The translations under genes were made by a program, and so were the position numbers. DNA of 64,000 nt from Octopus bimaculoides (lineage: Eukaryota): contig NC_068984.1 of the NCBI RefSeq assembly GCF_001194135.2, forward strand, positions 43,467,067-43,531,066. Reading direction: 5' to 3'. Below are positions 53,720 to 64,000 of the stretch, piece after piece; within the stretch, counting starts at the first letter, position 1; each line of letters opens with the position of its first letter. The notes under the pieces were generated by a model that was not told where the DNA came from, searched no databases, and saw nothing but the letters and a program-made list of their open reading frames with translations.

Positions 53720-53990
53720 CTGAGGTCATGGTGTCAGCTTCACTTCACTTCCAGGGTTTTATCACTCCTGAAGGAAGAACTCATCCCTGGACACCTTCCA
53801 ATGCTGTCTATCTCTGTTCAGTTGTGGCCATGTAGGTCCTAAATAGTCAGTGAGATCATCTCACCATCTTGTCTTTGATTGGCCTCTTAATCTTGTCCAT
53901 TATTTTTGTGTCCATCCTGTCATCCTGATTGCCTATCTGTTATCCTTCAGTTATGCAATGTAGCCAGCCCTTCTGTATTTGTTCTCCTTG
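53720..53990 (-). mobile_element. RTE-clade LINE 3' end remnant
   Basis: Remnants resembling the WAGHV..DNRW..KRPxGRPxxRW C-terminal pattern. Confidence 0.5.
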
Positions 53991-54439
53991 ATTATATTAG
54001 CTTACCAGGGCTTAAATTCTATCATCATGCTGTACTGCTGAACAGATTATATGTTATTTTGGCAGTATTCAAATTAATAATAGATTTATCATGGATTAAA
54101 AGGGATGGATGACTGTGGTGGAGGTGTTGAGATCAGATCTGACTATGAAGGAATTTCTAATGTGATAATATATAATCAAGACAAATAGAGATATGCCATA
54201 TTACATAAGCATCTAACTGATAATTGCATGGAAATATGAATACTAAAGCAATCATGAAAATGTTGATGCTGATGATGATGACTGGTAGACATGCCTTAGA
54301 AATATCAAAAGTAGCAAGAAACTTTATAGAGATCCGGACAAAAAAGCATCATGAAAAATTGAGTATTGTTTCTTAGTGTCAAATCTTTGAATTTCAGGGG
54401 AAAGCTGAAAACTTGAGTATTAGGTGAAGCATCTAGTAC

Positions 54440-54930
54440 CAGAACCCTTATTTCTCTAAGCAATACTTTGTAAACTCAGAACTTCAAACTGCAAGCTAAC
54501 AATATATACACCACCTGAACAAGCACACATCAACTGCTACACACAACACACACACACATTCGTTAAACTAACTCGTCCCCATTCACACATACACACTCAC
54601 ATACACCATTCTTACATACACATACACGCTTGCGCTGCTTAGTTCGTTGGGGTCACCATTAACATTATTATTATTATCTCCCTTCTATTCAACCTCTTTT
54701 TTTTCTAGTCATCTTGCCATGTTGGACCATTGAACTCTGCACAGTTTTCTCTCTCTGTTTTTTTTTTTTTATCTCTCACTCAATTTTTTTCCACTTAATC
54801 TTTTCTGTCAAAGAGTGTAGGCTCAAAACATAAAAGTCTTTTCTATTTTTCCTGAGTGTTAAACTAACACACCTGCTCATTGTTCCTACACATGTCTTCA
54901 TCTTTTGTTTTCTGTAAATTTGAACAAGAC
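54440..54930 (+). mobile_element. Degraded Penelope-type terminal repeat with a decayed hammerhead-like motif (54800-54836)
   Basis: CTTTT-CTGTCAA-A-GAGT(GTAG)GCTC-AAA-ACAT-A-AAAG has the same layout as the 5441 hammerhead, with mostly CpG-type changes. Confidence 0.4.
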
Positions 54931-56689
54931 AGACAGACAGACAGACAGATAGAGAGACACCATCTGAGAAACTATAGATTTCATACTGAGACAGAAATGT
55001 TCAGAATTATGAGAACATCACTAATATAAATGAAGTGAAGTAGCTCCATTTGGGAATTGAAACTACATTATGGACTTGACTATCTATGTGATTACTGTCT
55101 ACTCCAAATTGCTCTCTACTAATAGAAGTAATAATTGACATGGAAGTATTAGAAAAAATAATAAAGAAATGACCTGTTGAAGAAATAAGAGAACAAAAGA
55201 AGATAGTTTTGAATAAGAACCTTAATCTAAAATGCAAAATCAAAGGTATTGTGAATGAACTGATGCTATGCTGTATAGTGGTAATAGTATATTGTATTAG
55301 TTACTTTGATCTGAAAGATGCTTGAATTAACATGGAGAATGGACCATTTTGATAATCTTAATAGATAGCAAACTTCCATTACTCAAGTGAATCTGTTTGT
55401 CATTGTTGCATGACCAATGCAGATGGAAATATAATGTAAATCAAAGTCTAGCATCCAGCACAATATCTTTTGTGTAATTCTATTTATTTTTGTTCTTCCA
55501 TAAAATGTTTCACTTTGTGTAAATCTTCAGATGGCAGAGAGAGAAAAGATTTCCTTGTTAACATAGTTTGAGATAATTGCTAAAGGAAATGATGATTGTA
55601 AAGAATGTATTCAGGATGTATGCTTGGGGCAAAAATTCTATAGCTTGTAGAATTGGTGTTGAATTATTGATGGGTGTATAAAGTATACAGCATGTTCAAT
55701 TACTGATAGTACAATAGATATTGTTCTAATGAAACAGATGTCAAGTACTGCATATTGCTTTATTGATAAAATAGTTTTGTGATCTACTCTACAGGGAAAA
55801 GCTTAAATATTGGAGAATATAGAGGACATCTAAGAACAAAAAGACTATGAAATTGAAAATATATTAATTCACATTTTTATTTCTATTTTTTTTTTTTTGT
55901 TCTAATTTGTAACTATTTATAATGGTGAATGGAGACATATACATACATATATATGTTCAAGAAAATGTTATGAAGAAGAGAGGTTCCTTTCAAATGAAAG
56001 TGGATAGAATCAAGCAAAAAGAAAGAAAAGATTGGAGAGAAAGAGGAGAGAAAAAAAAGTAGAATAGATAGATATGATGAATCCTCTACTGGTTATAAAA
56101 ATGAACATTTAAATGTTTGATCAAGTGAATATCTGACTTGTTAAGTTAATGGGCTGGGTATTCCACAGGCACATGTACTCTTAATATAATTCCTAAGTCA
56201 AAATAGCATGACCCTACATATGATAATGTTGGACATTTTAATTACAGATACAGTCCAGTTGATAGGTTTCCACCCTGTGTCTACACAATTTCACTCACAA
56301 GGTACGTATCAACACAAGGTTATAATATAAACTTTTGCTCAAGATGCTGTGCAGTGGTGTTGAAGCTGGGACTTCAAGATTGTGAACAAAACTTCTTAAC
56401 CACTCTGCCATACCTGACATTCACACACATACATATTTACTGAGTTCTTGAAAAGAAATTTAGGAAGCATCCCTCAATCGGATCGTACCAACCTTGTCTC
56501 CAACTGCACAGATACAATCAATACACATTGCAAAAGCATTACTAACATTCCTAAACATAAACAGTTGTAGTTTGAACAACCAAAATCATTACAAATGTGA
56601 GGTTTCACCATCATTGAGGTTCCCTTTTGGTGGGTGTGACATGGCAAAGATTTCATCTCAGAGACTAGTTCTCCTCTTTAGAGCTAGAG

Positions 56690-57025
56690 GTGTAAAGCAC
56701 TCATGGCAGGGACATGTAAAAGCACCTGTGTGGTGTCATGTAAAAGTGCCTGCACCGTGCCATGTAAAAGTGCCTGTATAGCGTCATGTAAAAACACCCA
56801 TGTGGCACCATGTAAAGGTACCCAGGATGCTCTGTAAAGTGGTTGGCATTAGAAAGGTCATCCAGCCATAGAAACCATGTCAAATCAGACTGGAGTCTGG
56901 TGCCAGCTCTGGTCACACCATCCAATCAATGCCAGCATAGACAATGAATATTAAGTGATGATGATGATGATGATGATAATGATGATGATGATGATGATGA
57001 TGATGTTGATATGATGATGATGATA
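56690..57025 (+). mobile_element. Family C retroposon with six 24-bp internal units
   Basis: CATGTAAAAGYRCC periodic at about 56690-56825; (GAT)n tail. Confidence 0.75.
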
Positions 57026-58017
57026 TCTTTGAAGCTGAGGTTTCTTTCCAATTCTTTCTAAGTTTCCTTGTTTCTGTGTTATTTTATTCTTTTACTCATT
57101 TTGGTTTGTGCCATGCTGGAGCACTGTCATGAAGGACTCAATCAATTAAACTGTTTTAATTCTGGCACTTATTCTTATATAAAAGTGCATAATCCAGTGG
57201 TTCGGGTGCTGGACTCATGATTGTAAGGTCATGATTTCAAATACAAGGCATAGTAATCTTGAGTGGTACATAGTATTCTTGAGCAAAGCACTTTACTTCA
57301 TGTTGCTCCAGTCCATTCAGGTAAAAAAAATAAGCACCAGTAATAGCTGGTACATATTTTTAGTAGTCCTGCAATGGACTGGTGTACTGTTCATTGAGGA
57401 GCATTGTGTTCTTAGCTGCTAATACACCACAAAGACTAGGATAAGCACTGACATAATGTGTCTACAGACTTCAGGTCAAAGATTTATTCAATTGCTTATT
57501 TTTTTGTTGAATTGCTAAGTTACAAAGGTTGTCAAATGGCAAGTGATAAACAAAACACAAAATCACACATGTGCACACACTCACACATATACACATATGC
57601 ACACATATACACAAACATATGATGGGGTTCTACTCAATTTTAGTCTCCCAAATTTGCAAACAAAGCATTAATTGGTCTAGGGCTATAGATGAAAATACTT
57701 GTCTAAAGGCGCTATGCAATGTGAGAGTAAACCTGAAACCACATGGATGAAAAGAGAACTTCTTAACCACATAGGATTTGCCCTAGAGCTAAATGGATGT
57801 TTTCACATACATGTATTTTATGTTGGTTTATTCTGTCCTACACATATTTAAGGCAAAGTTACACTTCTGAATATTCTGGCTTGTTGTTAAGTATTCAGTG
57901 AATACTTCGTGAAAATATGCTTCAGATTAGTCTAGTTAGAATGTGCTGTGTTACACTCAACACTTTATGTCTCAGTCTCATATATATATTATACACCTCA
58001 ATCCTTGGATCTTACAT

Positions 58018-58089
<72 letters not shown>

Positions 58090-58090
58090 A
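58018..58090. repeat. (TCTA)n microsatellite
   Basis: Read directly. Confidence 0.95.
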
Positions 58091-59014
58091 GATAGATAGA
58101 TAGACAGAGAGAGAAGGAGAGAAAGAGAAAGAGAAAGGGAGAGAGAGATGTGTGCATGTATGTGTGTATTTATATATGTGTCTGAAAGAATGTGAATGCA
58201 ATAAATATTTTATGGATAATCTAATGCTGCCTTAATATTATTATTATCCCTTCCCCTACATAAAAAGATAACAAAAATAAATGAACAATGATAAATTCTC
58301 CTGGAAAAAAGATTGATCATTGAATTTACTTTCTCTGCTCTTAAGTGTCATGTCAATGGAATTTGATCCAACAACTGTATTGACACTAAAACACATACGC
58401 ACATATGTAATTGTATTCATATCTTAATAACTCTATCTCATTATATATGTAAATATATTCAGCGCTATGAATTTAGATCATCTCCATTTCCATATTTATG
58501 TTTTACTTTGTCACTATCAAAATAGTCCAATTCTCTTCTCATTTTCAATGCAAATATATTAGCCTTGCGGCTTTTTGCAAGCTCTCCATTAGAAATTCAG
58601 CTCATAATTTTCAGTTTCTCTTTCTATGTTCTATTATTGTCAGATTTATCAGTTTTAAGTTTAACCTAGTGATATATCTGGTGTCTAAATATGGATATAA
58701 CTCTCATGAATATATTGTTGATATTATTAAAGGCTGTGAATTGGCAAAATTGTTAGAGCTGCACACAAATTGCTTGCAGTATTTAGTTGTAGCCCTTAAA
58801 CACTATGCTCAAGTATTAATAAGGTTAACTTTGCTTCTTATTTTCCCAAGTTCAATAAAACAAATACCAGTCAAATACTCAGGTCTCCTGCAAAATTGCT
58901 GGCTTTGTGCTTAAATTGCTTGCAATGACTAGGATGGTAATTTAAAAGAATTACGAGAGCATTGGAAAAAATGCTTTACAACTGTTGTTGTGGATCTTTA
59001 CATGTCGTGTTGAA

Positions 59015-59255
59015 ATCCTATCAAGATCAACTTTGCCTTTCTTCTCCTCAGGTTTGATAAAATGAAGTACCAGCCAAGTACTGGAGTCAATCTAATCAAA
59101 AATTACTGGCTTTATATCTAAATAAGAAACAGTTGAGGGCAGGGGACTAGAACACTCGTTACAGTATCAGAAAAATGTCTTGCAAGATTTGTTCCAACTC
59201 TCCATGTTCTGAGTTCAAATCATACTGAGGTCAACTTTACTTTTCATCCCTCTGA
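59015..59255 (+). mobile_element. Two partial family B SINE copies
   Basis: CAACTTTGCCTTT and GAGTTCAAAT...GAGGTCAACTTT blocks. Confidence 0.6.
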
Positions 59256-59257
59256 GC

Positions 59258-59630
59258 TCATCATCATCATCATCATCATCATCATCACCATCACCATCAC
59301 CATCATCATCATCATCATCATTATCATCATCATCACCATTTAACATCTGTTTTCCATACTGGCATGGGTTGAACAGTTTGACAGGAGCTGGCAAGCTGTA
59401 GGGCTACACCAAACTCTAATTGTCTGTTTTGGCATGGTTTCTATGACTCGATGCCCTTCCTAATGCCAACCACTTTACAGATTGTACTGGGTGCTTTTTA
59501 TGTGTTGCTGACATGTGTGTCTTTCTACATGGCACTGGCATGGGTACTTTTTCACATGGCACCAGCATGGGTGCATTATTACATGATGTCGCCATGGGTG
59601 CTTTTTATGTGGTGCTGGTTCACTAAACCC
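59258..59630 (-). mobile_element. Family C retroposon
   Basis: Long (CAT)n followed by the C 3' end and internal units. Confidence 0.75.
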
Positions 59631-59684
59631 CTAGCATTGCTTGTCACTACATTAGAAACAATTATCATTAAACTGGTAAAATCA

Positions 59685-59870
59685 TAAGCGTGTCAGGCCA
59701 AGTGCTTTACAATATTTGTTCTGGTTCTTTCTGAGTTCAATGACTATTGAAGTCAGTTTTGCCTTTCAGAGTTGATAGAATGAAGTATCAGTCAAATATC
59801 AAACACTGGGATTAATGCAATTGCCTAACCCCTTCCCTAAAATTTCTGGCCTTGTGTCTTTAGTTGAAAT
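59685..59870 (+). mobile_element. SINE family B, tail-to-tail with an R4-like LINE
   Basis: Diverged B body ending CTGGCCTTGTG...TTGAAATTATTATT. Confidence 0.6.
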
Positions 59871-59884
59871 TATTATTATCATTA

Positions 59885-60625
59885 TCACTTCACTAGAACA
59901 TGTTAATTTAGTTAGCTGGTATGTTATCTTAAGGTTTGGTAACAACAAGTCTCCTCACATCTCAAGAACCTTTCTTAGGTTTCTTGCAGACTATAGGGTG
60001 GTACTTTTCTCCAGGTCAACAATGTGAGTTTCATTTCCAATTTCTTTCAGTCTTTTAGGTAACATTGTGGGTGTTGTGCCAAGTACACCTAGTACTACAA
60101 GAATAATTGTTGTCTTGGTCTTCCACAGTCTTCTCAGCTTGCTGGTTAGATCTGGATAGTTTTCAATTTCTTTAGATTTCTTTAGATTGACTCTACTGTC
60201 ATAGGAAATTACAAAATCTATGATCTTACATTATTTGGTTGCTTTCCCTCCATAATCATGTCTGGTCTTCTTGCCTTAATAGTATGGTTAGTCTTTATGG
60301 CAGAGTTCAATTCTCACTTTCTATCATGGTATACCCACTTTTCTGTTATTTTGACACCATACACTTGGCTAACATCTCAATGCACTCTTTTACATACACA
60401 GTCATGTCTGCTCTTGTACTCCTTCTGTGCTAGTATACTGCACTCACTCAAAACGTGATTGATGCTCTCGTCTCCTTTCCTGCATACTCTACATTTACTG
60501 TCTGACTGAGTTTTGTCAGTTTTTGCCTTTATAAGATTTGATCTAAGGGTTTGTTCCCGAGTGGCTAGAATTAGCGTGTCTGTCTCTTGTTTCAAGTTCC
60601 CATCCATCAACCAAAGCAAGTAATG
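59885..60625 (-). mobile_element. R4/Dong-like LINE 3' end
   Basis: ORF track 60377-60619: CRVCRKGDESINHVLSEC...SRHD; then RRPD...IIDF...NLRKVLEM*; short TAA repeat after the 3' UTR. Confidence 0.9.
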
Positions 60626-62544
60626 TGGTTAAAAGGTTTGAAGACAAGATTTTTGATTTGAGAGGAAAGATATCATGGTATGATTTGAAGGAGATTTTGC
60701 TGCTATTTGTTGCAGTTCAAGTGATTGCATCGAAATTCCCTCATTGCTTGATAATTTCACAGTTGCATTTTGATTTTGTTTAACACCTGGTTATCTTGGA
60801 CTGAGCAAACCAATAATCAAAGACGTTTTATCTGTGACCATCCTGTCTTTATTCTACACTCAATGAATCAACGCCACATTATCTAATGTATCCTTCCTTA
60901 CTAAACTGGTTAAGTGGCATTTACAGGAGGTTTTGCTGCCCTTTCTGTGATTACATAAAGGCTCCCTTGTAGACTGATCTAATGTAACCTTTATTTATAA
61001 TTATAGAGTGTGATTTGAAGAATATTTGACTGCCACTTTTAGCAGATCAAGCAATCACATAGTAACTCTTTGTTAGCTTATCAATGTTTCTTTTATTTCA
61101 GAAGGTGGGATGTAATTTGAAGTGGTTGCTGTATGTAGCAAGTTGTGCAACTGCATAGGGGCCCCCTCTCATTAAAATAACAGAAAATCTACGTAAAAAT
61201 CTTTTAGTGGTATGTGTCATTGTTGAATATGATGGATGAGGTCAATATATCATGTTTATACATTACTGTTTCTTGGCTGGAAGTCAAGTAAGTGTAACAT
61301 ATGGCTTCACCCAATTCTTCATTTTGCTCTTCTTCACTTACAACTCCTCATAAATAATATATGAGTTTATTAGAGTTAGGATTAGAGTAGACTTCTAAGT
61401 ACCAATTTACAATGACAATTTGTTTATGATATCTCCATCACATGTCAGACTTCTTTTTGCAAGAGTCATTCATATCTAGATGCTTCTTTCTTTGCCATTA
61501 ACTGTTTCATTGGATTTACGATTTTAGATATCATCATCATTATTTAAAATCTATTTGTCTACGTGGGTATAGGTTCAATGGCCTTCACAGTGTCCCACCA
61601 TCTGTTGCTTCCCTTTATCTGGCACACACAGCAACAGAAAAAAAAAATGATCAACTTTTGCTATTGTATTGCCATATTTGTTTTGGGGACAGTTTTTATG
61701 GTTGGATGCCCTTCCTATTACAAACAACATGACAACATAAATTAGGAACATGCTGACACTACTAAAAAGTCAGCATGTGACAGGATGTAACAGTCCCCAC
61801 CTCTGCTTTATATCAGTTTTTATTCAGAGTCACTGCTTTCCAGGATATTTTGCTATGGCACATTCTCTCCATTTTCCTTTCTTTTAATTTCTTAAAAGTT
61901 GTTTAGAACAAAAAAACTGGTAAGATCTTCTTTGCAGAGGATCTTCAGCTTCTCTTTTGGTAGTCATGGATGATGCCAAAAAACATATTGGAAGAGAAAG
62001 ACTAAACTTCACAATACCTACAATAGACTCAGATCACTATGAAGCTCAAAGTAATTTAAATAACAATACTATGCCAGCATTAGATCATTAATTTTTAGTA
62101 CAAATTAATATGGAATAATTCAAACATCAATTGAAACTAGGTTACAGATGTGGTTCAGTAGAAGCTACCAACTCTAGTGTTCTTTGAATATGTATCATGT
62201 TACTTAAAAAAATGATTAAGATGTTTATTTTTAAACAAGCTCTGATGTGATCAGAAAAGCTTTACTCCATCCTATATAATGATACACATGTACATTGCAT
62301 GAAAAATTGTTATGAGTTTATATTTTAAGGAGCACAACTAAGAAAAGAGAATTTTGCTTTTAGGCAACCTTTCTGAATGATCAAAGACACTTGAAAAACA
62401 TTAATGAGAAACATAATCCAAGAAATGAAGTAAGATTGACTGTATGTGTATGTGTGTGTAGTTGATGTAGTATCAAAAGTGGGGGATGTACTTGGAAAAA
62501 AGAAATTAAGCTGTAGATAATATAAGACAGTTAATTTCACTTAC

Positions 62545-62621
62545 CTGTCCAGTGCATCATTTAGAGTGTATAAGAGAAACCCGACAGATTCTAAGCACTT
62601 TAGATGTGTAACTAGAATCAT
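62545..62621 (-). CDS. Candidate upstream exon ending ...LKCLESVGFLLYTLNDALD(R); 5' boundary uncertain (ATG at 62621 or acceptors up to 62695)
   Basis: Consensus donor GGACAG|gtaagtg at 62545/62544; open frame upstream. An alternative phase-1 reading (stop, then MMHWT) also exists. Confidence 0.45.
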
Positions 62622-64000
62622 TGATTTTAGAAGTAGTAACTTAAACCATAACACTGTTAGAGGATGACTCTTATATGAAAGTTTCAAAGAACAGTCTTCA
62701 AAATTATGGAAAAAAGAAAAATAGATGAAAAAAAAAACTTTAAAAGCAAAATATATAAGTTTGAGAAGGTGTAAATACCCTGTCACCAATAAGGGTAAAT
62801 TAAAAAAAAAAAAAAAAGATTTATGAAAAAAAAATGTGTTGTGAGGAAAAGAAATAGCTAAAGGTTTCTTTGGGATTTTTTCATTCTGTGACATTATTTC
62901 TTCTTGTACACCAATAAACTTTGTATTTTGATTAATTTTTTATTAATCAAAATTTAATTTTTTATTGATTAAATAATTCATATTACAGTAGAAAACAATA
63001 AAATCAAAATATTGGGACTTCTTTTTTGGTTGTTGTTAATTTCATTAATTAACTAATTTCTTTTTTAAAGCCATTCATTAAATATGTCTAGCTTTTAACA
63101 AGATCTTGTGTTGTGCATTAATTAACTAATTTCTTTTTAAAGTCCTTCATTAAATATGCTTGCTTTTAAAAAGATCTTATTTTGTCTTGAACATCTTTTT
63201 TTGGTGTACAATTTATCTGTCTTTTTGTCATAGTCTACAACAAAACTACATAGTATAACATTAGAGAACACATAGAAGCATTCTAATTTACATAATGCAG
63301 TTTGTTACATTATTTAACCTTTTGAACACAAAGTCTGTTGATGCTTCTATGTCAAGACACATTTTTGCAAGATACAAAAAAAAAGTAAAGAAAATTCTAT
63401 TAAATATCTAAATCTCAATAGACATAGTTAAGTATATGTGTGTGTGTGTACACACACTTAAAAAGACAGATCCTTTTTTCCTATTTTTATAATAAAAATG
63501 GTATGCTGATAGATTAGTTCAGTGATTTTCTCATGGCTTATAAATACAATATTATAAAGGTATTGCTTAAACTAAAAACTAAATTAGAAATTAATTTTTC
63601 TTCACTTAACAGAAATACAATTGTCTACTACACTTGTATCTACCTATGGCATCATTTAGCAGCCGTATGAGCAAAGCTAATGAGAGATAATTGACTCAAT
63701 CAAAAACAACACAGTACCAATAAATAGAGTATGAGGCCTCCAAATCACTGGTGAAATAGCAATTATCAAATATGGCAGCAAGCTGTTAAGCTACAGATCA
63801 GCTTTGTTGGAGTAGATCTATTATCACAAGTGTTACAACCATGATCATCCTGTTGTATTTTTTTCAGATAAGATGTCACGTGATCTCCATTAACCAATGG
63901 CTACATATTTATTTTTAAGAAGTTGAAGTGTGATCTGAGTGAGATTTGGTAGCCATTTCTAGGAACATGAGCAAGCATGTAATAGTGCTTTTACTGGTTC

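Noticed and set aside
56690-56830. Constant motif with variable spacers, superficially CRISPR-like
   Set aside because: Core is only about 12-14 bp, period 24 bp, embedded in a dispersed eukaryotic retroposon, and no cas genes are present.
58460-58990. Possible transposase-like remnant or 138-aa plus-strand ORF
   Set aside because: No motif I could assign with confidence on either strand.
23786-62545. Alternative frame DALDR-DDCAEKFTG-KLYHLDVE-DLKHVESILEM using the 27-, 25- and 33-nt segments
   Set aside because: It exits in phase 0 and hits a stop in the 144-nt exon, and I found no rescuing exon. Not fully excluded.

Overview
Eukaryotic, AT-rich, microsatellite- and retroposon-dense DNA with ten N-gaps. 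The repeat repertoire resembles an octopus/cephalopod genome (inference from recalled SINE families, not a database hit). There are no prokaryotic features. Most of the window looks intronic to a minus-strand gene that I cannot name. Two internal coding exons are well supported (21645-21788 and 18944-19101, Ser/Thr/Pro-rich, phase-compatible). A possible upstream exon (donor at 62545) and five candidate micro-exons (19, 34, 25, 17 and 33 nt) join them into one open frame across about 44 kb. The rest is repeats: at least four tRNA-derived SINE-like families, RTE, R4/Dong-like and HERO/NeSL-like LINE remnants, a Penelope GIY-YIG fragment and a fold-back mariner derivative. The most unusual element (5340-5714) is a fold-back unit joining a tRNA-like Pol III head to a minimal type I hammerhead ribozyme. 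Almost all ORFs in the supplied track are microsatellite or N-gap artefacts. Repeat boundaries are estimated by eye; SINE labels A-E are my own.
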